The translations under genes were made by a program, and so were the position numbers. Source: Rhodothermales bacterium (GTDB lineage: Bacteria > Bacteroidota > Rhodothermia > Rhodothermales > VXPQ01). Taken from it: DNA of 64,000 nucleotides. Positions 1 through 9,522 of the stretch are shown here, piece by piece. The DNA is taken from contig OZ252093.1 of NCBI GenBank assembly GCA_965248175.1, forward strand, positions 2,681,108 through 2,745,107, in the 5' to 3' direction. Numbering within the stretch: position 1 is the first letter of the stretch; the number at the start of each line of letters is the position of its first letter. The notes beneath the pieces are model-generated. The model saw nothing but the letters and a program-made list of their open reading frames with translations. It was not told where the DNA came from and did no database searches.

Positions 1-222
1 AACCACGGTGAGCGCCAGACTGTCCGGCATCCCCGCTTCTCCCATCCGGACCCCTCCGGTCATCTCTTTCGCGTATACGGTCCAGTCGCTCCGGTTCGAC
101 GTGCCGTCAATCCAGATTGAACTCTCCGGCGACAAGGCCAGTGTTTGCGCTTGGGCGGTCTCCGCCGGTAAGAAAGCCGCCATTGCAAAGAAGGCAGCTA
201 TCCAGATCATCGTATGTTTCAT
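1..222 (-). CDS. YceI-like secreted protein, N-terminal part (runs off window)
   Basis: Hand translation from ATG at 222: MKHTMIWIAAFFAMAAFLPAETAQAQTLALSPESSIWIDGTSNRSDWTVYAKEM...; signal peptide plus S-x-I-W-I-D-G-T-S-N-x-x-D-W typical of FCB YceI proteins. Not in the ORF track. Confidence 0.65.
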   Translation of the reverse strand, partial: MKHTMIWIAAFFAMAAFLPAETAQAQTLALSPESSIWIDGTSNRSDWTVYAKEMTGGVRMGEAGMPDSLALTVV

Positions 223-403
223 GGATCGCTTCCGGTTTTCTCAATGAGACGCCTTCCGGCACAGGTTGTTGCGAGACGCCGCACGGCCACACAAAACGCC
301 CTTAGCCGCCTGTATAAAACATCTTGATTACGGGATCCGCGGCAAGGTTTTCCCTGATTAATAATTCCGGCGACCGAACTGCATATTACTGTACGCAACA
401 TAT

Positions 404-419
404 GTTACTATTTAGTAAC
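404..419. promoter_or_regulatory. Palindromic candidate operator GTTACTA-TT-TAGTAAC
   Basis: Perfect 7-bp inverted repeat in the AT-rich divergent intergenic region 223-625; direct repeat CGTTCCCGAAA at 435 and 451 nearby. Confidence 0.4.
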
Positions 420-625
420 TTCGCAAGGATCGCACGTTCCCGAAATTTTTCGTTCCCGAAACAAACCGGATTACGCACACGGGACAGGACTTGGCCCGGA
501 ATAGAAAATAGAACAAGGCTCCGCAGGCAGCCTTGCCGCTGAAAGGGCTTCCGGCTCTACTCCATACCATCGTTTCGTCACGATAACCGCATCGAAACAA
601 CATCCCTATCAAACCATTCCCAGTC

Positions 626-1981
626 ATGACCAGGAAAAAAACTCCCACCGATAATGCAACCCGGCGCGAATTCGTAAAGAAGGGCGCGCTCGGGGCCGCC
701 GCAATGCTGGCAGGATATGCTCCGGCAATGGCCAGCCCGCGGCGCAAAACCATCGCCCATAAAACGGCGACCGCGACCGTCCTCGGTGCGAACGACCGCC
801 TGAATATCGGATTCATAGGCGTTGGCGGCCAGGGCTTCAATGCCCATGTAGGCGCTATCTCCAATCATGGCGCGGAATTCAATGCGGTCGGTATGGCCGT
901 CTCCGACGTCTTCAACAAGCGCAGGGACCGCGCGGTCGAAAAACTCGGCCTCACCGATGCAGATGCGTACAGCGACTACCGCAGCCTGCTCGAGCGGGAC
1001 GATGTGGACGCCATCTTCATCGGCGCCGTGGATCACTGGCACTCGACCATCGCCACCGAAGCCATGGACGCCGGCAAGCACGTCTACTGCGAAAAGCCGA
1101 TGACGCGCTACCTGCATGAAGCCTTCGACATCTACGATAAAACCATGGAAACCGGGATGATTTTCCAGATCGGTTCCCAGTACTGTACGGAAGGAAAGTG
1201 GCACCGCGCCGCAGAGATGATCCAGGCAGGCATGATCGGCCCCCTCGTGCTGGGGCAGGATTCCTACTGTCGCAACAATCCCGACGGCGAGTGGAATTAC
1301 AGCATCGACGAAAATTCCTCGCCGGAAAACATCGACTGGGCCACTTGGCTCGGACCCGTCTCCGACCGCCCATTCAGCGCCGACGAATACCACCGCTGGC
1401 GCAAGTACTACCCGTACTGTGCAGGCATCCTCGGTGACCTGCTGGCCCACCGCATCCACCCGCTGATGCTGGCGACAGGAGCTCCCGAATTCCCGGTGCG
1501 GGTTGCCTCGCTCGGCACGCGCAAGATCACGACCGACCGCGACGTGCCCGACAACACGCAGGTTCTGGCCGAATTCCCCAGCGGCCTGACGATCATGGTC
1601 ATTGGCAGTACTGTCAACGAGCAAGGGCTCGAACAAGTGATCCGGGGCCACGAAGGTACGCTGTACTTCGGCGGCAACACGGTCGAGCTGCGCCCGGAAC
1701 GGCCCTTCGCCGACCTTGTTGACCAGCAGATGGAAGATAACATCGAGCCTGGCGTAAGCGTGCCGGCGCACGTGGAAAACTGGCTGACCTCGATCCGCGA
1801 GAACAAGCAACCCAACGGCAACATCGACCTGGCGATCAAGGCGCAAACGATTATTTGCATGGCCGAGATGTCGAACCGCCTGGGCGAAATGCTCTACTTC
1901 GACGAGGAAACGCGCAAGATGACCACAGGCGGCGGACGCGAGATCGAATCGATCACGTACGGTACGCTCGAACTGTCGTAG
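626..1981 (+). CDS. Tat-exported Gfo/Idh/MocA family oxidoreductase
   Basis: TRREFVKK Tat motif, GANDRLNIGFIGVGGQG Rossmann start, KHVYCEKPM, GDLLAHRIH. Confidence 0.9.
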   Translation: MTRKKTPTDNATRREFVKKGALGAAAMLAGYAPAMASPRRKTIAHKTATATVLGANDRLNIGFIGVGGQGFNAHVGAISNHGAEFNAVGMAVSDVFNKRRDRAVEKLGLTDADAYSDYRSLLERDDVDAIFIGAVDHWHSTIATEAMDAGKHVYCEKPMTRYLHEAFDIYDKTMETGMIFQIGSQYCTEGKWHRAAEMIQAGMIGPLVLGQDSYCRNNPDGEWNYSIDENSSPENIDWATWLGPVSDRPFSADEYHRWRKYYPYCAGILGDLLAHRIHPLMLATGAPEFPVRVASLGTRKITTDRDVPDNTQVLAEFPSGLTIMVIGSTVNEQGLEQVIRGHEGTLYFGGNTVELRPERPFADLVDQQMEDNIEPGVSVPAHVENWLTSIRENKQPNGNIDLAIKAQTIICMAEMSNRLGEMLYFDEETRKMTTGGGREIESITYGTLELS

Positions 1982-2003
1982 CAGCCAAACGGCGGAGGCG
2001 GGG

Positions 2004-3002
2004 ATGGGTACGGTTCGATTGGCGCGCATGGCGATGGCCTGTCGTTTCGAGCTCGTCCTCCAGGGCGAGGACGAGCCGTGGCTACGGGCCGCCGGCGAGG
2101 AAGCGCTCCGGGAAATCGAACGACTGGAAACACGGCTTTCCAGATTCCTTCCCGCCTCTGACGTGTCCCGGATCAATGCGCATGCTTCGCAGAAAGCCGT
2201 GCCTGTCGAACCGTGGCTGTTCGATTTGTTGAAGCACTCTCTGTATCTGCACCATTGCACGGACGGGGCTTTTGACCTGACGGTCGGCCCGCTCATGCAG
2301 GCATGGGGATTCTACGGCGACGGGGGGTGCGTACCGGATGCAGACGAGTTGGCCGAAGCCCGCCTGCGCACAGGTATGCACCTCGTTGAACTGGACGAGG
2401 CGCATCGTACGGTGCGCTTTGCGCACGAAGGGGTTGCCCTGGATTTCGGGGCTATCGGCAAGGGATACGCCGTGGACGAAGCTATGCACTTGTTGAGGGA
2501 GGCCGGCGTGGAACGGGCCTTTCTGCACGGTGGCGCCAGCACGATGTACGGCATCGGACAACCGCTCGACGCCGACTCATGGAACGTAGCCGTTGTTGAT
2601 CCCCGGTCGCCGGACGAACCGATCGCCGTCGTGGCGATCCGGGACGAGGCCCTGTCGGTTTCGGCTGTTTCGGGTAAATTTTTCGAGGTCGAGGGGACCT
2701 GTTACGGACATGTGCTGGACCCCCGCCTGGGAAAACCTGTTCGCGGAGCGCTACTGGCAGCGACCGTTACCTCATCCGCTGCCACCGCCGACGCCGTTTC
2801 GACCGCCCTCCTCGTGCATGCTCGCCCGCTTCCCGGATACCGGTCACTGGTCATTCGACCAGACGGTGAAGGCCCTCTTCCCCGTCGCATCCTGCACCAC
2901 GGGATACTCCCGCACCGTGCGCCGGAAAGCATCCCCACCCCGCCCCCTGCGCCGGCGTTGAACGGCCATGCTACGACCTTGCAACAACACCCCCCATCCT
3001 GA
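2004..3002 (+). CDS. apbE: FAD:protein FMN transferase (ApbE family), no signal peptide
   Basis: TDGAFDLTVGPL, LDFGAIGKGYAVD, YGHVLDPRLG, ADAVSTAL motifs. Confidence 0.9.
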   Translation: MGTVRLARMAMACRFELVLQGEDEPWLRAAGEEALREIERLETRLSRFLPASDVSRINAHASQKAVPVEPWLFDLLKHSLYLHHCTDGAFDLTVGPLMQAWGFYGDGGCVPDADELAEARLRTGMHLVELDEAHRTVRFAHEGVALDFGAIGKGYAVDEAMHLLREAGVERAFLHGGASTMYGIGQPLDADSWNVAVVDPRSPDEPIAVVAIRDEALSVSAVSGKFFEVEGTCYGHVLDPRLGKPVRGALLAATVTSSAATADAVSTALLVHARPLPGYRSLVIRPDGEGPLPRRILHHGILPHRAPESIPTPPPAPALNGHATTLQQHPPS

Positions 3003-3012
3003 ACACCGCACC

Positions 3013-4281
3013 ATGAAAGACCGTACGTACGGCGGCCTCCTGAGTCGTCGGAATTTTCTGAAACGGAGCTCCCTGATCCCGCTTTCCGGCCTGCTTGCAC
3101 ATGCCCCTGCGATCGGCGCGGATGTGCGCCAGGCAGCCTTCCGGCAGCAAGTACAGGCCGCTGTGATCGGTTTCGGCCCGCAGGGGCGGGACATAGCCGC
3201 CACGCTGACGCGCATCCCCGAGGTGGATCTTGCTGCCGTAGTGGACACCTACAACGTCATGCTGCGGAGAGCAGAGCGCTCGGCGCCGGGAGTGGCCACG
3301 TTCGAAGACTACCGCGAGGTACTGGATAATCCGGATATTTCCACGGTCTTTATCGCCACGCCCACGCACCTGCACAAGCAGATTGCGCTCGACGCCCTGT
3401 CTGCCGGCAAGCATGTATACGTAGAAGCGCCGATGGCCTCGACCATCGACGATGCGCGAGCCATGGCACAGGCCGCCCGCGACAATCCCAACCTGATCTT
3501 TCAGGTAGGACTGCATGCCCGGTCGCACCCGAATTACCGTTCCGTCTTCCAGTTCATCCGCAGCGGCGCTCTTGGAAAGGCTACGATGACCCGGTCCCAA
3601 TCGCATGTAAAGGAAAGCTGGCGAAGGGCCTCTCCCAACCGGGAACGCGAAGTCGCTCAAAACTGGCGGCTTGATGCAGAGGTCTCTACCGGACTCATCG
3701 GCGAAGTTGCTACGCATCAGCTTGACCCCGCCCTGTGGTTTCTGGCCAAGCGTCCGGTGGCGGTCACCGGCTTGGGTCAGATCATGTTATGGAACGATGG
3801 CCGCCAGGCGCCTGACACGATCCAGGCCATCTTCGAACTGGGGGATGGCCTACCTATGCTGTACGACGCTACGCTGACGAGTTCTTTCGATGCCACCTAC
3901 GACACCTATTCCGGGCGCGACAGCACCATCATGTTCCGTGACCACCGGGCCTGGATGTTCAAGGAAGTCGATGCCCCGTTGCTCGGGTGGGAGGTGTACG
4001 CCAGAAAAGACAAGTTCTACAAGGAAACCGGGATTGCGCTGGTGGCGAACGCTACCCAGCTGGACGCCCAGGATATCTCGCCGACCGAAGACGACCCCAA
4101 CCTCGAGACGCCACTGTGGTACGCACTGCGCGACTTCATCGACAACCACGCCTTTGGACCCTATCCACCGGCTGCGTCTTATGAGGTGGGCTTCCAGATC
4201 GCCGTCATTACCATAAAGGCCAACGAAGCCATCCTGCAAGGAACGCGCATGGTCTATGACGACGCCCTGTTTGAAATCTAA
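3013..4281 (+). CDS. Tat-exported Gfo/Idh/MocA family protein with EAP in place of the EKP motif
   Basis: SRRNFLK Tat motif, IGFGPQG, IATPTHLH, KHVYVEAPMA; ATG 3013 preferred over track start 2968. Confidence 0.85.
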   Translation: MKDRTYGGLLSRRNFLKRSSLIPLSGLLAHAPAIGADVRQAAFRQQVQAAVIGFGPQGRDIAATLTRIPEVDLAAVVDTYNVMLRRAERSAPGVATFEDYREVLDNPDISTVFIATPTHLHKQIALDALSAGKHVYVEAPMASTIDDARAMAQAARDNPNLIFQVGLHARSHPNYRSVFQFIRSGALGKATMTRSQSHVKESWRRASPNREREVAQNWRLDAEVSTGLIGEVATHQLDPALWFLAKRPVAVTGLGQIMLWNDGRQAPDTIQAIFELGDGLPMLYDATLTSSFDATYDTYSGRDSTIMFRDHRAWMFKEVDAPLLGWEVYARKDKFYKETGIALVANATQLDAQDISPTEDDPNLETPLWYALRDFIDNHAFGPYPPAASYEVGFQIAVITIKANEAILQGTRMVYDDALFEI

Positions 4282-4311
4282 ACCGCCTCATTCCATCTCA
4301 CCGAACCCGTT

Positions 4312-5448
4312 ATGGCTCCTATGCATTCTCGCCGTACGCGGCGCACCTTTTTGCAGAAAACCGGCGCCTTGCTGGGCGGAATTGCGCTGTCGGGAGCACC
4401 GGCCGTTACGCTTGCAGGCACACAAAACATGCGAAGGCGCCCCCTGCCTCCGGGTATGAACCCCCTCGGCGTGGCGCTCGTGGGCCTTGGCAACTATGCT
4501 ACGAACCAGTTGGCCCCTGCTCTCCAGGAAACGGAGCAGTGCCGCCTGACGGGCATCGTCACCGGCACGCCCGCCAAGGCCGACAAGTGGATGGCCGAGT
4601 ACGATATCCCGGAGAAAAACGTCTACAATTACGACACCTTTGACCAGATTGCCGACAACCCGGATATCGACATCGTGTATGTGGTGCTACCGAACAGCAT
4701 GCATGCGGAATATGTGATCCGGGCTGCTGAGGCGGGCAAGCAGGTAATTACGGAGAAGCCTATGGCAACCTCTGTACGCGACTGCGAGCGCATGATCGAG
4801 GCGTGCGACAAGGCCGGCGTGAAACTTTCGGTGGGATACCGCCTCCACTTCGAACCGCATCACCAGAAGATTATGCGGCTGGGTCAGGAACAAGTCTTCG
4901 GACCGGTCACCGTCGTCGAGGCCAGTTTCAGTTTCACCTCGCGCAACACCGAGGCCTGGCGATTCAGCAAGGAAATGGCAGGGGGAGGCGCCTTGCTGGA
5001 CGTGGGCATCTACGCCATCCAGGGGGCGCGGTACACGATCGGCGAAGAGCCGGTCCGCCTCCGGGCGTCAGGGTACAACACGCGCCCGGACATCTTTACG
5101 GAAATTTACGAGACCATCCTGTGGGAAATGGAATTCCCCGGCGGTGCGGTGTCCAAGCACAGCACATCCTATTCGGCCAACGTGAATCGCCTGTACATGA
5201 TGGCCCCTCGGGGCTGGGCAAGAATCGAGCCGGCCTTTATGTACAACAGCGTAACCGGAGAGACGAACGAGGGACCGATGGGCTTTCCGCACGTGACGCA
5301 GCAAGCGCTGCAAATGGACGACTTCGCCCGGTGTATCATGGAAGACGAAATGAGCAGTGTCTCCGGCGAAGAGGGCCTGAAAGACATGAAAATAGTCGAG
5401 GCGATCTACCGCTCCATCGACCGTGACGGGAGGTGGATCGAGATGTAA
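4312..5448 (+). CDS. Tat-exported glucose-fructose oxidoreductase-like Gfo/Idh/MocA protein
   Basis: TRRTFLQK, LGVALVGLGNYA, IDIVYVVLPNSMHAEY, TEKPMA, GGGALLDVGIY. Confidence 0.9.
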   Translation: MAPMHSRRTRRTFLQKTGALLGGIALSGAPAVTLAGTQNMRRRPLPPGMNPLGVALVGLGNYATNQLAPALQETEQCRLTGIVTGTPAKADKWMAEYDIPEKNVYNYDTFDQIADNPDIDIVYVVLPNSMHAEYVIRAAEAGKQVITEKPMATSVRDCERMIEACDKAGVKLSVGYRLHFEPHHQKIMRLGQEQVFGPVTVVEASFSFTSRNTEAWRFSKEMAGGGALLDVGIYAIQGARYTIGEEPVRLRASGYNTRPDIFTEIYETILWEMEFPGGAVSKHSTSYSANVNRLYMMAPRGWARIEPAFMYNSVTGETNEGPMGFPHVTQQALQMDDFARCIMEDEMSSVSGEEGLKDMKIVEAIYRSIDRDGRWIEM

Positions 5449-5581
5449 GGAACGAAGTGGGGATCAGGAGTGCATAGGAACTTCCCCGCCGATAACACCC
5501 ATGTTCGTACTGGACGATGGTCACGGTGAAGGGGCGAAGATGGAGCGGGAAATTCAATACCTCTGAGGTAGGAGTTGTCGT

Positions 5582-6793
5582 ATGCGAAAATGCCTTTTAT
5601 CGACCCTGGCCATCGGCCTGATCTGCACCACAGCCACAGCCCAACGATTCCCCGCAGGTGAGTTGCCGGAGGGACCGGGTAAAGAACTGGTTCAGGCTGC
5701 CTGCACGTCTTGCCATAGTGCATCCGCGATCATGCGTTCTGCAGGCTATGACACGCCGGAACGATGGCAAGAGGTGTTTGCATCCATGATGACACTACCA
5801 GAGGACGAGGCCCAGGCTATTGCTCGGTACCTGGCTGAGCATTTCCCGGAGAAACCCGAGCGCCGACCGGTACTGGTTCCCGGTGATGTGGAAATAGACA
5901 TCAAGGAGTGGACAGTTCCCACGCTTGGACAGCGTTCAAGGGACCCCATCGAAGCTCCTGATGGGTCCATTTGGTGGACCGGAATGTGGGCCAGCCTGGT
6001 AGGCCGTCTGGATCCTGTCACGGGAGAGACGAAAGAATTTCCATTGCCCCCTGCAGCCAGGCCTCACAGCATCGTACCGGATCAGGATGGCAACATATGG
6101 TATACCGGTAACAGCAACGGTACGATCGGCATGCTCGATCCTGCAACGGGTGAGATTACCGAGTACGACACACAGGCTGGCGATCCTCACACTGCAACGT
6201 TCCATCCTAATGGCCTGCTTTATTTCACGGCACAGCGAGCCGGCATGCTGGGCCGCCTCGACACTAAAACGGGTGAATTGACTGAAATAGAGACCGAGTC
6301 AAGACCGTACGGTATCCAGGTGGCCAAAGATGGCACGATCTGGGTGGCATACAATGGCGCCAACAAGATCGGCGCACTCGACCCGGAATCCATGGAGGTC
6401 CGCTATTACACACTTCCTGACCCCGGCTCACGGGTTCGCAGACTCGGACTCTCCAGTGATGGCATGGTGTGGTTCGTCAATTCCACGATGGGCCGTATTG
6501 GCCGGCTGAACCCGGCGACCGGAGAGATCAAAGAGTGGGATTCCCCCAGTGGCCCCACTTCGCATCCCTATGCCCTGGCCGTAATTGACGACAAAATCTG
6601 GTACAATGAGTCGGGGATGCGTCCGGATGCCCTGGTGCGGTTTGATCCTGAGACGGAAAAATTCCAGAGTTGGGCGATTCCTTCCGGGGTGGGTATCATA
6701 CGCAACGTGTGGGTAACCCGGGACAGTAACTTGCTGATCCACCAGAGCAGTACGAATCGTGTGGGCCTCGTAACCATCAAAAAAACGTTGTGA
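5582..6793 (+). CDS. Secreted mono-heme cytochrome c fused to Vgb (streptogramin lyase)-like beta-propeller
   Basis: Signal peptide; LPEGPGKELVQAACTSCH (CxxCH); repeated DG-x-I-W-[YF]-T ... GRLDP-x-TGE blades. Confidence 0.8.
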   Translation: MRKCLLSTLAIGLICTTATAQRFPAGELPEGPGKELVQAACTSCHSASAIMRSAGYDTPERWQEVFASMMTLPEDEAQAIARYLAEHFPEKPERRPVLVPGDVEIDIKEWTVPTLGQRSRDPIEAPDGSIWWTGMWASLVGRLDPVTGETKEFPLPPAARPHSIVPDQDGNIWYTGNSNGTIGMLDPATGEITEYDTQAGDPHTATFHPNGLLYFTAQRAGMLGRLDTKTGELTEIETESRPYGIQVAKDGTIWVAYNGANKIGALDPESMEVRYYTLPDPGSRVRRLGLSSDGMVWFVNSTMGRIGRLNPATGEIKEWDSPSGPTSHPYALAVIDDKIWYNESGMRPDALVRFDPETEKFQSWAIPSGVGIIRNVWVTRDSNLLIHQSSTNRVGLVTIKKTL

Positions 6794-7800
6794 ATGCGAT
6801 GCTTCGCCATTTCATAATCGGAGAAGATGCACCAGGGCACACGTTCAGGAATGTTTCGGTGACGCCGGACCCGGCGTTGCCGAACTCCGGAAGATGCAGC
6901 CGGCTATTGAAGAAATATTCCTCTTTCAAGCCAGGCATGGTATTCCTTGTTGTGCTGTGGAGCCTTATTACGCTTACAGCGAATGCACAGCCTGGGACGG
7001 TGCACGACAACCTTTCGATAACAAGCGAAATTCTCGATTCCGAGAAGAAATATGCTGTCTATCTACCGCCGGATTACGCTTCATCTGAGCGTAGTTATCC
7101 CGTTCTTTACCTTTTACACGGAGGAGGGGACGACCAAACGGGATGGGTACAATTCGGCGAGGTGCTTCATATTGCCGATAAAGCGATCCGGGAGGGCAAG
7201 GCAACGCCAATGGTCATTATCATGCCGGATGCCAGTACAGGCCAGCGAGGATATTTCAACGACATTACCAATACGTGGCGGTATGAGGACTTCTTCTTTG
7301 AAGAATTCATGCCGCACGTGGAAGAAAAATTCAGAATTAAAAGCGAAAAGCGCTACAGGGCCGTAGCCGGTCTCTCGATGGGCGGTGGCGGCTCCTTCAT
7401 GTATGCCCTTCACCGACCGGATCTTTTTTCGTCGGCTGCGCCCTTGAGTGCTTCTACAGGCTCCCGGTCGGTGCAGCAATACAAGGGGACGATGGAACGC
7501 AGGGGCATCGATATTGCGGGAATCTCCGATGCGCAAATTGAAGAATACATCAACCGGCACAATGCCATTTCGCTAATCGAAAGCTTGCCTGTGGATGACA
7601 TCAAATCCGTGCGCTGGTTCATCGATTGCGGTGACGACGACTTTCTCTACGAAGGGAATTCGCTGGTCCACATCGCCCTCCGGGACCGTGAAATTCCTCA
7701 TGAATTTCGTGTCCGCGATGGCGGCCATACCTGGACCTACTGGCGCGAAAGCCTGCCTGTAGTTCTGGAGTTTATCTCGCAAAGGTTTCATCAGTTTTAA
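6790..7800 (+). CDS. Secreted esterase, alpha/beta hydrolase (CE1-like); true start probably near 6937
   Basis: YPVLYLLHGGG, GLSMGGGG nucleophile elbow, DCGDDDFL, GGHTWTYW. Confidence 0.85.
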   Translation: MNAMLRHFIIGEDAPGHTFRNVSVTPDPALPNSGRCSRLLKKYSSFKPGMVFLVVLWSLITLTANAQPGTVHDNLSITSEILDSEKKYAVYLPPDYASSERSYPVLYLLHGGGDDQTGWVQFGEVLHIADKAIREGKATPMVIIMPDASTGQRGYFNDITNTWRYEDFFFEEFMPHVEEKFRIKSEKRYRAVAGLSMGGGGSFMYALHRPDLFSSAAPLSASTGSRSVQQYKGTMERRGIDIAGISDAQIEEYINRHNAISLIESLPVDDIKSVRWFIDCGDDDFLYEGNSLVHIALRDREIPHEFRVRDGGHTWTYWRESLPVVLEFISQRFHQF

Positions 7801-7825
7801 GAGAAAAAGACGGCCGCCCTTCTCC

Positions 7826-8764
7826 TTACGGATCCACCGAAACGTACGCATCGATCAGGGCCTGTTCCCCTTCCTTGTCGGGCTGGGCATTCCCATGCTC
7901 CATCCCGAGGATGTCCGTATACCCCCGCTCGTGGATGTATTTGAACACGTTGCCGTAGTTGATCTCGCCCGTGGTCGGTTCCTTCCGGCCTGGATTGTCG
8001 CCGATCTGGAAGTAGCCGATCTCATCCCATGATTTCTCGATGTTCGGGATCAGGTTCCCCTCGCTAATCTGCTGATGGTAGATATCGAAGAGAATCTTGC
8101 AGGCAGGGCTGTCTACATGCTTGCAAATCATGTATGCCTGGGGCGCCCGGCTCAGAAACATGCCGGGGTGATTCGACCACCAGTTCAGGGGTTCCAGGAC
8201 CATGACCATGCCATGCGGCTCCAGAATCTCCGCCGCGCGCTTCAGCGATTCCACCACATGCACCGTCTGGTACTCCATCTCCTGGCGCTGGTCCACTCGC
8301 CCGGGCACCACCGTCATCCACGTAGCGTTGACGCGCTTCGCCACATCCACTGCAGCGCGGATGTCATCCAGAAACTCCTCTCGCCTGACCGGATCGCCGC
8401 TTGCCAGATTGGCCTGCTGCCAGTCGATCCTGTGAGCAACGAATACGCCCATTCGCATATTGAGACGAGTCATTTCCTGTGCAATAGCCTCCTGCATCTC
8501 GGGAGTACGACCCGCCATGCCATTGTCTTCCATCGACCGGAACCCCATCTCCGCCATAAAACGAAGTTGGTCGAGCAGATCGTCGCCTGCATGATGCCTG
8601 AACATGCCGAAATGAGGGGCATAGTCGAGCGTGAATTCGGGGCGGGTTCCGGAAAAACCGGAACGTACGGCCCCCCCGTACAAACCGGCCGCGAGGCCCG
8701 TATGGGCCAATGGAAGAGCTGCTGAGGCAGCCACAAAGGAACGCAGAAAACGACGTCGTTGCAT
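7826..8764 (-). CDS. Tat-exported hydroxypyruvate isomerase / xylose-isomerase-like TIM barrel
   Basis: MQRRRFLRS Tat motif, VLEPLN, KILFDIYHQQISEGNL, QIGDNPGRKEPTTGEINY, GMEH. Confidence 0.85.
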   Translation of the reverse strand: MQRRRFLRSFVAASAALPLAHTGLAAGLYGGAVRSGFSGTRPEFTLDYAPHFGMFRHHAGDDLLDQLRFMAEMGFRSMEDNGMAGRTPEMQEAIAQEMTRLNMRMGVFVAHRIDWQQANLASGDPVRREEFLDDIRAAVDVAKRVNATWMTVVPGRVDQRQEMEYQTVHVVESLKRAAEILEPHGMVMVLEPLNWWSNHPGMFLSRAPQAYMICKHVDSPACKILFDIYHQQISEGNLIPNIEKSWDEIGYFQIGDNPGRKEPTTGEINYGNVFKYIHERGYTDILGMEHGNAQPDKEGEQALIDAYVSVDP

Positions 8765-8848
8765 GGTTCTACAGATTTTGGTTCAAAAAGCGTAATCAAA
8801 TGGTCCGGCGGGTCCCCCGGCCTTGCCGCCCATCTCCCGCCGGTCTCC

Positions 8849-9472
8849 TCACAACGTCTTCCAGGGCGCTTCCGACAATCCCAACCGTTCGATCTCGGAT
8901 TTCGGGGCGCCCGTCCACTCGTGTACAAACACGTTCCCCATATAGCCCAGATCGGCCATGCCCGCCTCCGTGGTCCAGAACCCCGAAGCGGTCAAATCGC
9001 GGAAGAAGCTGAAAAAGATCACGCCAGCCGTAAGCGCCGGGTCGGCATCCTCGGGCCAGGCGATCGCATCGACCATATCCATGCGTTGCACATCGGAACA
9101 CGCCGCAAACGGCGCCCCGAACCGTTCCCGGGAATACGTATCCAGCCAGGCCAACCCCTGGCGCATGGGGTCCTGCATATACGGCATATCCGTCACGATA
9201 AAGTCCATGAATTCCGGCACGCCCACATCTGTCGCACTCCCTGAACGGTCGTCCGCCGGAATAATCATGTCCGCAAGGATACGCACCGTCTCGTACTCCT
9301 CGTCCGTAAAAAACTGCGGGGAAAAATCCCCCCGGGAACGGGCCTCTGCCGCCTCCCGGGCAGCGCGTTCGGCATCAGAAGCGGTCCACCGGCATCCGGC
9401 TGCCGTCAGTACGCCGGGCGCTGTGGCCGACAAGGCCAAGGCCAGCAGTTTAAGCGATTCTCGGCGATCCAT
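8849..9472 (-). CDS. Gluconate 2-dehydrogenase subunit 3 family (Tat small subunit of the GMC enzyme)
   Basis: MDRRESLK, LADMIIPADDRSGSATDVGVPEFMD, TASGFWTTEAGMADLGYMGN; directly downstream of GMC gene. Confidence 0.85.
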   Translation of the reverse strand: MDRRESLKLLALALSATAPGVLTAAGCRWTASDAERAAREAAEARSRGDFSPQFFTDEEYETVRILADMIIPADDRSGSATDVGVPEFMDFIVTDMPYMQDPMRQGLAWLDTYSRERFGAPFAACSDVQRMDMVDAIAWPEDADPALTAGVIFFSFFRDLTASGFWTTEAGMADLGYMGNVFVHEWTGAPKSEIERLGLSEAPWKTL

Positions 9473-9522
9473 AGGGCAACGTTCTATCGAGTCAATGTCA
9501 ATGCATCCGGCGTGGTTCGGAA

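Noticed and set aside
578-2296. 572-aa minus-strand ORF
   Set aside because: Antisense shadow of the Gfo/Idh/MocA and apbE genes; no motifs.
5582-6793. vgb streptogramin-resistance call
   Set aside because: Only the propeller fold is recognisable; signal peptide and heme domain differ from cytoplasmic Vgb.
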